Assembly: GCA_951406725.2 (NCBI GenBank)
Contig: OX597822.1
Location: forward strand, 23,126,001-23,190,000
Length of the DNA: 64,000 bases
Direction: 5' to 3'
DNA from: Octopus vulgaris
Lineage: Eukaryota
Position 1 is the first letter of the stretch, and each line of letters starts with the position of its first letter. The translations under genes and the position numbers were made by a program. Below the pieces are notes generated by a model, which worked only from the letters and a program-made list of their open reading frames with translations, had not been told where the DNA came from and searched no databases. Positions 12,860-26,949 of the stretch are shown here, piece by piece.

Positions 12860-13095
12860 ATCCTATTTCTTTACTAACCATAAGGGGCTAAACACAGAGA
12901 GGACAAACAAGGACAGACAAACGGTTAAGTCGATTATATCAACCCCAGTGTGTAACTGGTACTTATTTAATCGACCCTGAAAGGATGTAAGGTAAAGTCA
13001 ACTTCGGCGGAATTTGAACTCAGAACGTAGCGGCAGGCGAAATACCGCTAAGCATTTCGCTCAGCATGCTAACGTTTCTGCCAGCTCGCCGCCTT
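12860..13095 (-). mobile_element. SINE family A monomer
   Basis: Reverse complement of family A, ending ...CTGCCAGCTCGCCGCCTT on the + strand. Confidence 0.85.
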
Positions 13096-13256
13096 ACCAA
13101 GACAGTATCCAAGCAAGGTAATAGTTCCCCATGGCTAGACATGTTTTCACAGAATATTGGAAATAAATGACACAGCTTGTATGACAGTAACACTTATTTA
13201 CAATTCTGATGCAATATCAAGACAAGGGAAAGCAACATACACAACACATGCACATA

Positions 13257-13476
13257 CAAGGGGTTGCTGAAAAGTTCTTGGCTTTAAGGATATCGCGAAA
13301 GGCCTGGTTGCAGGCCCAACCTTCTGAGTTCTTTTACAGAGTTAAGAAAACCTGATCGATCACTGCAATAAGTATATGAATCAGAGAGGGGAATATGTTG
13401 AATAAAATCGTAATTAACTGATCATCCTGTATTTTCTTTCACCCAAAGCCAGGAACTTTTCAATCCCCACCCGGTG
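13257..13476 (+). mobile_element. Mariner-derived MITE (internal deletion derivative)
   Basis: TA-flanked; TIRs ..GAAAAGTTCTTGGCTTT / AAAGCCAGGAACTTTTC..; retains a transposase C-terminus-like CNKYMNQRGEYVE*. Second copy, inverted, at 54307-54522. Confidence 0.75.
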
Positions 13477-14329
13477 TACATACATGTACACATATGCACA
13501 GATGCACAAGGATTTGCTGATCTGGGGCCATAAAAGAAGACATTTGTTGAAAGCGCAAAGCAATGGGATTGAACCCAAAACCATGTGGTTGGGAAGCAAA
13601 CTTCTCACCCACACATTCATGTCTGTGCCTAGTTAAAATAATCTCATTATATAAGCAACGGCTGAAATTAATGTTGGCAGTGGGGGGAAGAGTAGGTGTC
13701 TGCTACTCTCTAATTTCTCTCATTCATATAATAAACAGTCTACAATGGCTGCTGTGTAGTAACTGCTGCAATTGTTGTTGCTTATCAGGATTAAATGAAT
13801 ATAAATGAACAAATAAAGAAGTAAATAACAATGAGAAAAAAAGATAGAAAAAAAAAGACTAAAATGAAACATATACAGCACAGCTAATTAAATCTTTCAA
13901 TTTGTCTGAATTATCAGACAATTAGTAGTAGTCTAGAAAGATAAATGTCAAATGAAGAATATGAATTTAGTAAATTATATTGTTTGAATTTAACCCTTTT
14001 GTTAGCATATTTCTGTTGAAAAACACTGCCTTTGTTTTTAATTGATTTTTTAAAATAATGTAGAATTTACTTAAAAATAACTGCTGTTATTAATCTGGAG
14101 TTTGGAATATAAATTAACATGGAATTTTATGTAAGGTCTTAATTCAGAACACTTTAATGCTAGCTCTAGCGGTAAATCCTCAAAAGTGGAAAGGCTGGTA
14201 AGAAAAATGCCAAACTTGCAATCTTCAATTTGGCTTTCATGCTTATTCTCACTTATGGTCATGAATATTGAGTAATGAGTAAAAGAATATGATCATGAAT
14301 ACAATTAATCAAAATGGTGTTACTCCAAA

Positions 14330-14662
14330 AGATCTCTAGAGTAGTGTTACTTGACAGGCTATGTAGTTCGGAGATCCAGGATCAAGGACTCTACATGGGT
14401 TGAGCCAGAGACGTCATGGCTCCAGTACTACAAACATGTGATTATAATGTCGCAGGAAAGAATTGTAAGATTCAACTAGAAAGAGGACTAGGAGTAGACC
14501 AAAAATGAGACGGCTGGATAAGGGTAATATCCATAGTTTTAGCTGGTCACACTTGAGAATGCAGCTGGAAAGTGCTTTTGATAAGACTTTATGGAGGAGA
14601 TGCCTAAGGACTCTACTCCCAACAACCTCCCAGGAATAGTGGGATGGAAGAATGGATGGATG
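14330..14662 (+). mobile_element. Degenerate RTE-clade LINE 3' end
   Basis: Translates in part to KRTRSRPKMRRLD...DKTLWRRCLR (RTE C-terminal RGRP..RW.D and DR..WR motifs) and ends in (GGAT)n. Confidence 0.55.
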
Positions 14663-15309
14663 CACTGCTTTTGTTTTAGTTAGTTTGAAAATAAGGAAGA
14701 ATTTTGTAAAATAACTTGAGCTAGTGTCGGGAACATAAATTTATAAATTTACATGGAATTTTGATAGAAAGTTTTGATTTAAATCACTTCTAAAACAGGA
14801 AGTTTGTTTCTAGAATCAGGGTCAATCTCAGACGATTTGGCATTTAAAGGGTCAATAAATTATATCATAGAATTTATTTGTTTGTTTCTATGTCTGGCAA
14901 GGAAATCTCATCTAAAGAATAATTCTGCACCGGAAAAAATATCTCTTTTTAAAATGCAGTAGAGTTTGAGAATCTGTAAAAAATATGTCGCAGATGCACA
15001 ATGAAAAGATTTGTAACAACTGTTCTCTGTTCTCACAAACAAGCATCTTTCATGTGTGTGCATATGTGCGTGTGTTGGGGGTGTGGAGGTATAATATAGG
15101 ATGTTCTTATATTTTAGGGCATCAAGAGTTCATGACAATGACTAAATCTATTCTTAAAATCACATCAACAAAAATTCAGAAAATGTGATGTGATGACAAA
15201 ACACTGATGTTTGATTTCAAACAGAAGGGTTAAATGTAAGCTGAATATCCAGAAAGAAAATAGAAAGGACTTGGGAAAAATCTAAATTAATTTTTAATTT
15301 ATAGATATG

Positions 15310-15762
15310 GTGCCAGTGGCACATAAAAGGCACCATTTGAGTGTGATCGTTATCAGTGTTGCCTTACTGGCACCTGAGCCCTGTGCTAGTAGGGTGCTAA
15401 GAGTACCATCCGAGTGTCATCATTGCCAGAGCAGCTAAGTGGCTTCCGTGCTGGTGGCATGTAAAAGGCACCGTTCAAGTGTGATCGTTACCAGCATCGC
15501 CTTACTGGCACCTGTGCTGGTGACATGTGTAAAAAGATTCAAGCGAGGTCATTGTCAGTACCACCTGACTGGCCCTCGTGCCGGTGGCACGTAAGAGCAC
15601 CAACTACACTCTCGGAGTGGTTGGCATTAGGAAGAGCATCCAGCTGTAGAAACTCTGCCAGATGAAGATTGGAGCCTGGTGCAGCCATCTGGTTCGCCAG
15701 CCCTCAGTCAAATCATCCAACCCATGCTAACATGGAAAGCGGACGTTAAACGATGATAATGA
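15310..15762 (+). mobile_element. SINE family D, long form with about 5 internal ~65-bp tandem units
   Basis: Repeated GTGCCRGTGGCACRTAAAAGGCACC units followed by the family-D 3' region and GATGAT tail. Confidence 0.85.
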
Positions 15763-16354
15763 AATCAAGGCATGGCTATGTGGTTAAGTCTACTTTGTAA
15801 CAAAATGGTTTCAGGTTCAGTCCCATTGCATGATAACCTGGTGAGGGGAGTTTGGTAAATGGGAACTGAAAGAAGTCAGTAATATGCGTGTACATACATA
15901 CATATATTTTCTGTTTTTAATTATTTGAAATCTTCCGGTAAATAAGGAGCTGGTTTCTAACAAAGATACAAAGCTCCATTGTTAAAATGTAGATAACAAA
16001 AATGCAGATTTTTATTGTTTCACTTAGAAATTGTATTAGAAACATGTGAATTAGCTAGCTAATTTCTTTTTCAGAAAACCCTAGCTTGACCAGATTACTG
16101 ATTAGGCCTTTACTCAACAAAAAGAAGTGCACCAATTATTATTATTGGTTAAGGGGTGAATTATTAGCTGGATAGAGAAGCTGGAGGTTTTTAAGTAGTT
16201 CTCCATAGTTATCCTCTTTCATTTGATTTTTGGAGAGATATTCATCTCAACAAGGCAGCTAACTTCTATGACAATACATACTTCTGCTTGTCTGCCCGAA
16301 ACAACAATACAAGACCTACTATGTTTGCAGTTGATAGAAGTTTTGATGGAAACA

Positions 16355-16655
16355 TCATCATCATCATCGTTTAATGTCCGCTTTCCATGCTAGCATGGGT
16401 TGGACGCCAACCACTCTGAGAGTGTAGTGGGTGCTTTTATGTGCCACCGGCACGGGGGCCAGTCAGGTGGTACTGGCAATGACTTCGCTCGAATCTTTTT
16501 ACACATGCCACTGGCACAGGTGCCAGTAAGACGATGCTGGTAACATTCACGCTTGAATGGTGCCTTTTACGTGCCACCGGCACAGAAGCCAGTTAGCTGC
16601 TCTGGCAACAATCATATTCAGATGGTGCTCTTGGCACCCTACTAGCACGGGCACA
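16355..16655 (-). mobile_element. SINE family D, inverted and internally deleted
   Basis: Reverse complement of parts of 15383-15762. Confidence 0.8.
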
Positions 16656-19571
16656 CCAATATTCCTTGTGTTGATGTTTGTGTATATATTTAATAACAGG
16701 GGTGTTCTCTATATTTATTCCAGGACAATCTTTTTTTCAGATGGCATTGCATATTGTTTTAGCGACAATGTTGTATCACATACAGAGGTAGGACCTTGAT
16801 GACATTTTTGGGCAGCTGCCTATCATGTGAGATGTCTTCCACAGAAATAAGAGAATCTACATTTTTGGTTGCATCTTGGAACTCTAAGGGCTTCACAGTC
16901 TCTTTCATTTACCATTTATGTATGTGTGTGTGTGTGTCCTTGTTTTGACATCATGTAATAACTGTAAATGAGTGTCACCATCATACAAGCAGTATCATTC
17001 ATTCCCAATCTTCCACAAAAACATATCTGGTAATGAGGAAATACTACATTGCTTGAAATAAGGGTTGGCAAAGGACATTAAAATGATGATGATGATGATA
17101 GTGGTAGTGGTGGTGATGATATCAGAAATCTTGGCCCTAGTTTAAGTGCCAATACTTGAAAGAAAAATGAGACCAAACAAAATTACATGGAGGAATTATT
17201 AAGAAATCAATATCTATATCTGAAGCGTGATTCTCACTTAACCATTTTGGTTAATTACTATTTCAAAGAAAAGAATAAAATTGTTATCTTTAATGTTTGC
17301 TGAAAATGCTAGTAAACTTTTACACAAATCTTATTGATAAAATATAAAAGAAAGGAAATTAATAGATTACTAGCTAAACACAAACAGTAATTTATTTAGC
17401 TCGTTTGTTTCATCTAAAGAACCTATGAAGAAAGACAGCTTGCTTTATTAATAATAATAGATTTTTTTTAGTATAATTTTTCATAAATATTTAATTTGTT
17501 TTGCTTATGAAAAAAAAACAAAAAGTTTATATCAAATCAATAAAGAAAAAAAGTGGATGATGATTATGAAATGGGTAATTAACATAAATGTTTTTACTTT
17601 TTCCTTTGTAAATTCATTCAAAACAATGAGTAAAAGAGCGCCTAAAAAATTGTGATATTTGCATATGTATGCAGAAAGCTAAGAGCTTTGTCTCTCAGAA
17701 ATATTACATAATCTCTGGATACAGTAAAATAATCCTTTTGATACCAATCCATCCCTGAGACCAGCCCTGATTCTATAATACAAATTTCCTGTTTTAAAAT
17801 GATTTAAAAAAAACCTTCCATCCAAATTTCATGTAAAATCATTTCAGACACCAGCTTAATAAGGACAAAGTTATTTTATGGAATCTTCGTTAATTTCAAA
17901 ATTAATTGAAACAAAGGCAGTGTATTTGAACAGAAATATGGCAACAAAACAGTTAAAGTGATCTAAATTAAAACCTTCCATTAAAATTTCATGTAAATCT
18001 GTTTCAAATGCCAGCTTAATAAATCTTCATTATTTTCAGAATTAATTTCTGAAATATAGGCAGTGCATTTTCAACAGAAATATGGTAATAAAAAGGATAA
18101 GATTGTAAACTGGGTAAAAAAAAAAAAAAGTTAAAGATTAAATTATTCAGTGGACATGAAGTTCAGTTATCAGCTTATGGTCTTATACCTGTTGCTTCAG
18201 CAAATTTCATCCAAATTCATTCAATAGTTATACATTTATGATTTTTAAACTAGACTAACTGCATTTCATCAAAATCCCTAGTTTGTAACAGGATTGAAGG
18301 ACTTTTATAAGAAAAGCACTACAGAACTTTAAGGAGTTAGAATACATCCTTCTTCAAACCAGAATCTAAAATGAATCAATTTCATACAAGGAGTATCAAT
18401 GTCAAATTAAAATCATCATCATTAACATATTCCTCAGTGTTTTAAAATCTACTTTTCTATGCTTGCACGAATCAAATTCACTGAGGCAGATTTTCTACAA
18501 TCAGATGCCCTTCCTGTCACCAACCCTTACTCGTTTCCAAAGAAGATAATTTCACATGACCAGACTTGTTTTTGATGGGGGATTGGAAATGATTTCACGA
18601 CCATCACGATATCAAGACAAGGACGGACACACAAACGGGCTTCTTACAATTTTTATCTACAAAATCCATTCACAAGGCTTTTAGTTGACCTGAGACTATA
18701 GTAGAAGACACTTGCTCCAGACGCCACATCGTGGGACTGAATCTGAAACCACATAGTTGGGAAGTAATCTTCTTAACCACACAACCATAATAATATACAA
18801 GAACTTCTCACAGCACAGTGATTCAAACCTGAATACTAAACACGATTATTTTATATATTTTATTTTATATCATTTCACAACATATTTACTTTTACTTCAA
18901 GAAAAAGGGAAAAAAAACCCCAAAACAAAATATATTTGAAGAATGTAACCCTGCACATTCATTTCAATTATGCATTGAAAAAGTCTTTTAATGGGTTTGT
19001 GTGTGTGTGTGGCATTAGAAAGACCAAAATACTTCCTGTATATTTTATCTTTCTTTTATCCTTCACCCTCATCTATTGTTGCAATAATTCTCTTTCCATT
19101 ACTTTATTTTTTTTTTCAAAAAGCACTTCCTGTATGAAATCCATGCCAGAGTGTTATAGAGAAACTAAAACTTATTGCAAGTAATTATTTGGTGTAAAAA
19201 GAAAAAAAAACTGTTAAAAAAGACTGCTGACAGTTTCAGGTTTAACACAAATTTGAATGCAATTTTAGAAATCTAATTTCTAAGCTATTATGTAACCAAA
19301 TGCGAAAAGGACTAAATTTAACTTTAACAACCAACCAATACAGAAAGGATGATTGTCTCTTCTTTCTAGACAATGTATTTGGAAGGAGAGAGAGACAGAG
19401 AGAAAAAATGCGAGTAGGAGTGAATTGAGAAACTGAAATGGATTAACAAAGCAACACATTTGTATTATTGCAACGTTCTGTTTAGCTGTATCTTGACAAA
19501 GATGCAGTTCAAAGCAATAGCAATACAATAATACCACTATTGAAAATGAGAATAGCTTAGTGTTAAGGCAT

Positions 19572-20327
19572 TTAACCCTATTGTTACCATATTTCTGTTG
19601 AAATATACATTCTTGGTTTCAATCGATTTTCACAGAATTGAACAATTTAGTAAAATAAATAACTTGACCATATTTAAGCTGGCGTTAAAAAACATAAATA
19701 AACATGAAGTTTAGATGAGAGGTTTTATTATGGATCATTTTAAACCTTTTGTTTACCATATTTATGTTGAAATACACAGTCTTTGTTGCAATTAATTTTT
19801 AAGATAACGAAGAATTTAGTAAAATCACTTAGTCATTATTAAGCTGATGTTAAAGAACAAAAATTCACATGAAATGGGAAGCTTTAACTCTTTAGCATCG
19901 AGATTACTGTTTATTAATTGCTGGTAGAGATACCGTATTTCATTTTGCAATTATAATATGCTACCAAGTATATTAAAGTCTTATGCATCAATATTGTGTC
20001 CTACTTTTTGTAATAGCAATGCAATTCAATCTGAGATAACTTAGATTACTCTGTCAAAGCTAATGCTTATTTATTCACATTGTTGAATTAATCATTCATT
20101 ACCTCATAGCTTCAAGATTTGCTCGATGTGATTGTATATTTTTAGAATGACATTGTGGGATAGGTGTGAGAGGCAGGATCTGGCCAGTATGAATGTAAAA
20201 CAGGTAAGAATGTTTGGGCTGAATATGACCAGTTTAAATCCCAAGGGATTGATTTAAATCACTTTAAAACAAAGTTTGTATCATTGTACCAGAAGTGGTC
20301 TCAGGAAGGATAGTATCAAAAGAGTTA
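19572..20327. mobile_element. Nested cluster of TTAA MITEs (F in F, G in F)
   Basis: F start TTAACCCTATTGTTACC at 19572; second F start at about 19741; G at 19888-20247; F resumes and ends ...TATCAAAAGAGTTAA. Confidence 0.7.
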
Positions 20328-21414
20328 AAATGTAGAAATGTTGAATTCTTATAATTGGATGGTACTTTGATACAACTTATTTTAATCAACAGGCAAAGTT
20401 ACGATGATGTCATAGCTACTTCAATTGAAGATGTAAAAGAATTTACACATCATAGCAAATGTTTTTCTGCTGTTATTTATTTACCAGAAACAAGCTACCA
20501 AGAAACCAGAGACGCAGCTGTAATGCCACAACAAACATAAATGGTTGGAAGCAAATTACTTTTTCAGATTTATTGCCTTTTGTGGAAACATTAATCAAAC
20601 CAAAGTAGACAAGGCAACAGTGTTGACATTTTAGTACCCCTAAATCTTTTAAATTTGGGACATACATAAAAGGAAACCCACACTGATTTCACTATCTTAT
20701 TGTCACCTTTTTAACATCAACTTTTCCATGTATAAGTCATTGAGGCAGATTTTCTATGGCTGGGTGCCTTTCCTGTTGCCAACTCTCAACCTTTTTTTAC
20801 CAAGCAAGGTAATATTACCCCATGGCCAGACAGGTTTTCACAGGTGATTGGAGACAAATATCACTTGTATGACAGTGACGCTTATTTACAACAACTATGT
20901 GACATGAAAACAAAAATATATACACACACACATACAACAGGCTTCTTTCAGTTTCTGTCTACCAAGTTCAATTACAAGCCTTTGGACAGCCCAAATATAG
21001 TAAACAACACTCGCCTAAGTTTCCACGCAGTGGTAAGAAGTTTGCTTCCCAGCTACAAGGTTCCAGATTCAGTCCCACTGCATGGAACCTTGGGCAAGTG
21101 TTTTCTACTATAGCTCTGGGCTACCCAAAACCTTGCGAGTAGATTTGGAATATAAAACTTGAAAGAAGCCCATTGTATGTGTGTGTGTGTTTGGCAACTA
21201 CCACCTGGCATCTGGTGTTGGTTTGTTTATGTCCCAGTAACTTAGCAGTTCAGCTAAGAGGCCAATGGAATAAGTATCAGGCTTAAGAATAAGTACTGGG
21301 GTTGATTTGTTTCACTAAACCCTTCAAGGTAGTACCCAACATGGCCACAGTCTAATGACAGAAACAAGTAAAAGAATAAAAGGATAAACAAAAAAGGGGA
21401 GGGAGAGGGAGAGA

Positions 21415-21473
<59 letters not shown>

Positions 21474-23454
21474 GTCAATTTAAAATTAAATCCTCTGTAA
21501 GACGTTGAGGAGCAGCATTTTGGCAAGATAATGACCCTTCTGAGAAGATTAGGGTCAAAAGTTGACTTTTCTATTGCAATTATCTTGATTTTACTGTTGG
21601 ATACAAAGAATGAAATTACTGTAGCACAGTTTAAAATATTTAAAGGAGTGATTGAAATGAAATATCTTGAAGGCAGCCAAGAAGTAGAAATGGTAAAGTA
21701 CAGAACAAAAGGCTTAAGAGTATATGCTAAAAAAAAAAAAAATTACAAAAGCAAAAACAAAATAATTAATCACTGCAATTACTCAGACATGCTATCCACA
21801 ACCCTGCCTCCATCTAATTAAAAATACTTAAGCAATGAGACTATTTTAATCCATTTTTGTAGCAATTATAAGGAACAACAACAAAGCTGGTGAAATCTGT
21901 TTTTGCTGTGGAGATCTAATAAGTCTGAGACATGCTTGGAGTTGTCTCCCATACTTGCCATATAAATATATATATATATAAATTTTCTTTTTTTTTTCAT
22001 GATTACTATACAAGGTTAACACTAAATTAATACTTATTCATTTTCTTCCCATTATATGCGAACTTCAAAAACGGGATGGGTGGATTATCATCATTATCAT
22101 TTAATGTCTACTTTTCCCATGCTTGAATGGATCTGATGGAATTTGTTGAGGCAGCAAATTTTCTATGGCTGGATGCCCTTACTGTTGCCAACACTCACCT
22201 CTTTCTAAGCAAAGAAATATTTTCCCATAGCTAGGCATCTTTTTTCACTGAAGACTAGAAACAGACAACTTCGCTTGTATGGCAGTGATGCCCATTTACA
22301 ACTACCACACTAACAATTCTGCTAGCTCACTACCTTACTACTACTACTACTACTACTAACAATAACAACAATAATCCTGAGATTTTAAGGGAGGGTGTAT
22401 TTATTTTATCGACCCCAAAAGGATGAAAGGCAAAGTTAAACCTTGGCAGAATTTCAACTCAGAATATAAAGACAGATGAACAAAATGCCGCTAAGCATTT
22501 TGCATGGCACACTAATTATTCTGCCAGCTAATCACCTTACTACTACTAATAATGATAATGATAACTAAATAAATTCTCCAAAATGTAATCTGAAATTGCA
22601 CTCTTTTAAACAATTGTTTCTCGGAAAAGATTACATACACACACATCTAATATCTATCTACATAAATATATAAATATATAAATATATATATATATATATA
22701 TAAATACATATCTATATATCTACATAAATATATATCTATCTATATAAATACTCACACACACACACACACATATATATACATATATATATATGTAGATATA
22801 TGCACACATATATATATATATATTTGTATGGTTACGACAACACACACACAGATCAATCATTGGTAATCCTGATAAAATGATTATGAAAAAATAAAAATAA
22901 AAAAGCAAAATAAATTAAATAAAACCCAAACAAACTGCCTATCGATTAGCAACTTAAATGCTTCAAATAAAATAAATAGGTTAAAAAAGGAAAAAAAAAA
23001 CTTAAAAATAAAAAACAACTAAATAATGGAAAGTTGTATACAAATCAATAAACTAGTAAAAATTAACGCAGAAACAAAACATGGCCACCACCATCAGTCT
23101 ATGTTTTTGGATAGCTCAAACTATTAGTTTGACTGTTTTCCTGAGAGCCACTTGATACATCTATGGTGTCTGGGTTTCCATTTCACTGGAATTGACTTCT
23201 TGTATTCTTTGGTGTTTTGTTTTGATTTTCCATCCAGGCAGTGAAGTCGTTAAGAGTAAGGATCGGTAATGATCTTATTAAATAGAATTAATTCGTATAA
23301 GCTTTGTGATGTGTTAACTAATCGGCCTTGTAACACTAACTGCCTAATCAACTCTTTGTGCATCAATGTCAAAAAACAAATCATTTAACAGACACACAAA
23401 CATATATATGCAAACATACACACACGAATATATATAACTGAAAGAAGCCCGTCG

Positions 23455-23485
<31 letters not shown>

Positions 23486-24349
23486 CCCAACATCACTTGA
23501 CAACTGATGCTGGTGTGTTTAGGTCCCCATAACTTGGCGGTTCGGCAAAAGAGACCGATATAATAAGTACTAGGCTTACAATGAATAAGTTCTGGGAATG
23601 ATATGATTCGACTAAAGGCAGTGCTCCAGCATGGCTGCAGTCAAATGACTGAAACAAGTAAAAGAATAAAAGAATATGTGTATGTGTGCTCTTAACACCC
23701 TACTAGCACGGGGCTTGAGTGCCAGTAAGGTGACGCTGGTAATGATCACACTTGAATGGTACCTTTCATGTGCCACTGGCACGGAAGCCAGTTAGCCGCT
23801 CTGTCAATGATCACACTCATATGGTGCTCTTTGCACCCCGCTAGCACGGACGCCATTTTTGATTTTGATTGCGATTTCACTTTCCTCAACAGGTATTCGC
23901 AAGCAGAATTTAGTGTCCAAAGAAGGAAAAGGTACGCATAAGTTGTATGAAGAAATAATAAATGAGAGTGGGTAAATGTCTAAACCTGATAAGGAAAAGA
24001 ATATGAAAAAGGGGAGGGGGATGAGTAGGATACACGCACACACACACATGCACGCACAGATGACAGGCTTCTTTGAGTTTTGGTCTACTAAATCCACTCA
24101 CAGGGCTTTGGTTGGCTTGGGGCTATAGTAGGAGACACTTGCACAAGATGCCACACTATAGTGCTGAACTTGAAGCCATGTGGTTGACAAGCAAACTTCT
24201 TAACCACATAGGCGGGCTGACTTGTACTTATATTATGGAGTCCTGACAAGACTGAAGACAGATGCCCTGATGATGTCTCTAACTTGGATTGCAAATAAAA
24301 ATCTCAGCTGCATGTATATAAAAAAAAATAGAATTAAATTAAAGAAAAA

Positions 24350-24745
24350 CTAGCAGTATCACCCGGCGTTGCTTGGGTTTGTTTCGACCCTATACTTTAG
24401 AATTGGAATTTTTGAAAAGTAGAAATTTTGCATTATGTAGCTTGTTATTCTCTTTAAGTAAACACTTTTCTGGTTGAAATACACTGAAAAATGGTGACAC
24501 AGCAGTCAAAAAATCGTAAAAAATAGGGATTTTCATAGAAAAAAAAGCACCTTTTTGATGTAAATAATTTTTGGTGTTAACATGGTCCAATTTGAATTTT
24601 ATCTTCTACAGAATGAAGAGCAAGCCTTCTTCTATCATACTCTCAATTTTGGTCAACTTACGCCACAGGGTCTTGGAGGAGATAGTGTTAGTAGAAGGCT
24701 ACCAAACCTGCCGCACACAGACAACTTCAGCTTTATATATTTAGA
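24350..24745 (-). mobile_element. Non-autonomous Helitron (family H2)
   Basis: Minus strand A|TCTAAATATATAAAGCTGAAG...CCCAAGCAACGCCGGGTGATACTGCTAG|T; no TSD; two more copies in the window. Confidence 0.85.
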
Positions 24746-25670
24746 TAACAACAGGCGCCATGCAATTCTCCGCTGACCTCACAATTAATGGTATTACATT
24801 GCAATTCTCAGTGAACAATAAATAAATATATAAATAAACTGTGAATGTGAATCATTAATTGGATTACCCTTGGAATAATCTAGACATTAATTTGGTCATT
24901 AAACGATGACAAACGAGTGTCTGATAATGATTAAAGTTCAAGAATAACTGGTAACTTTGGTTTGTTTCTTTCCCCCCACTAAAACATTAAAAAAAAAAAA
25001 AATGTCTGGCAAATGGTCAAGCAGCACCAGAATTGTCTCCTTGGGTCTTTTTTTGTCTTGTTTGAGAGAGAAATTGCTGTGACTCAAACTTAACCGAATT
25101 TCACTAAGGTCCCATACACAATGAACTTGTATGGTGGTGGTGGCGATTTTGGGGAATTAGATTACCAAAGAATAACGAGAAAATTAGCAAGGAAAACCAG
25201 GTTAAATGCCTATTATCATTAAATAAGTGCCAAATGTGTCAGAAATAAATTTCACAAGTTTCTTAAATAAAAAAAAAGTGAAAGAGAAATAATTTTAAGT
25301 TGTATTTTAAAAGAATGCCTATTGTTATAGCATGCTTTCAGCAATTCATTGATATCTAATATTTGAATATAGAAGATTTTGATCTAGATCAGTCATTGAT
25401 AAATGGTAACTGGTGGGACTTTCTGAATGGCACACCTAAATGAAAAAAATTTCCTTGAATTTTTCTTTCAGTAGTGGGGCCAGCCTGATAATATGTCACA
25501 TTTCATGCCCCCCACTTGTTGAAAAAGGGTGCCAAGGCTTTATTTAGATTACTTTCAAACAGAATTTTTTAGTATCAAAGAAACAGAAACAATCTCATGT
25601 GGATTGGTACCAAAAGGGTCCTAAGTTAACGTGAAATTTTCATGAAAGGTTTCACTGTAGACCACTTTAA

Positions 25671-25880
25671 CTCTTAAGCATTCTGATTATTCTATCAAAA
25701 GTGATGCTTATTAATTCATATTGTTTTAAATTAATCATGCATTATCTCATAATTTCAAGATTTTGATGATGTGATTGCTTATTTTCAGAATGACATTGTA
25801 GGGTAGGTGTGAGACACCAGATCCGGATGGTTTGAATGTAAAAGATATGGTCAGATATGGCCAGTTTAAACACTAAAGTG
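25671..25880. mobile_element. TTAA MITE family G nested in an F copy
   Basis: Follows ACCACT-TTAA; degenerate ends CTCTTAAGCATT / CACTAAAGTG; F sequence resumes afterwards. Confidence 0.7.
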
Positions 25881-26013
25881 TAAAAATGAAGTTTTGTACC
25901 TTAGAATAGGAGGTGGTCTCTTGTAGGTCAGTATTGAATGGGGTTAAGGTGGTTTTTGGAGCATAAATTAACATGAAATTTTGGTGGAAGGATTCAATCT
26001 AGACCACTTTTAA

Positions 26014-26218
26014 CCCTTTTGATACCAATATGGCTCTTTAGTACAAAGGTCTTGTTTTCATAAGTTTTGAATTAAAATCTTCCACCAAACCTTAGTCACA
26101 ATTTACGTTCCTAACACTAGCTTAATGATAACTAAGTTATTTTACTAAATTCTTTGTTATATTTAAAATAATTGAAAGGAACACAGAACATCTTAAAATA
26201 AGTACAGTAATGAAAGGG
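26014..26218. mobile_element. TTAA MITE family F
   Basis: TTAA-CCCTTTTGATACC...GTAATGAAAGGG-TTAA; highly similar to 84-304 and 36175-36395. Confidence 0.85.
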
Positions 26219-26227
26219 TTAATGATA

Positions 26228-26432
26228 CCCAACCATAGCCCTCAAACATCTCATCTCAAACACATCTAGTTACGTCCTTTCCACATCTCTCAGCCCCCAC
26301 ATTTCTACACCGTATAACATTTTCGGCACAATCAACAGCTTCATACATACCTCTTTTCACTTCCATACTCAACCTTTTATCTCTCAGCATACCTTTCACA
26401 ACTCCAAGTATCTTACTCCCCTCTCTCACTCT
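26228..26432 (-). pseudogene. RTE-clade LINE reverse transcriptase C-terminal fragment (frameshift and stop)
   Basis: Minus strand translates RVREGSKILGVVKGMLRDKRLSMEVKRGMYEAV/IVPKMLYGVEMWGLRDVERT*LDVFEMRCLRAMVG, with the typical LYG.E.W and FEMRCLR motifs. Confidence 0.85.
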
Positions 26433-26949
26433 TTGGACAATAAAGTTACTAAATCCATGTAAAATGTTTCCAGACTATCACAGTATCATTTCCAAGGAAT
26501 GAAATACATGTAGCATGTGCATCGCTTCTTATAGACTGGTCAAATTTTTGTAGACTTTCCTCACCAAAGGTTTTTTTTTTTTTACACTTTCATGTCAACA
26601 GTCTTGTGTTTATTTGTTTTGTTGTGATCAAATAGACTTTTTTAACTGTTAGGTTTTCATGTTAGTATCCATAAATTAATTTTTGATGCGTATGTTCTTT
26701 GCATGATTATTTCAACATCATATTGTGATATGAGTATAGCTTCCATAAATAATTAATCTATTTTTGTGAGAAATTTTATAGAGTATGCAAGCATTATTCT
26801 CTAGTATTTTCCTAACTTTGCTTTATGGTGTATGATATAGTGTTTTGCGATTGCTCAATGCTGTAAATGCATAATAAACCTATGAAAGAACATTGTTCAA
26901 TGTAACAGCTGGAGTCCTGAAATTTACAACTTTCAGTTTTACCATAAAA

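Noticed and set aside
15310-15610. CRISPR-like repeat/spacer appearance
   Set aside because: The spacer-like parts are homologous to each other, the array is part of a dispersed SINE, there are no cas genes, and the context is eukaryotic.
24240-24300. CTGAAGA / CTGATGA hammerhead-like boxes
   Set aside because: No stem II followed by GAAA; probably chance.
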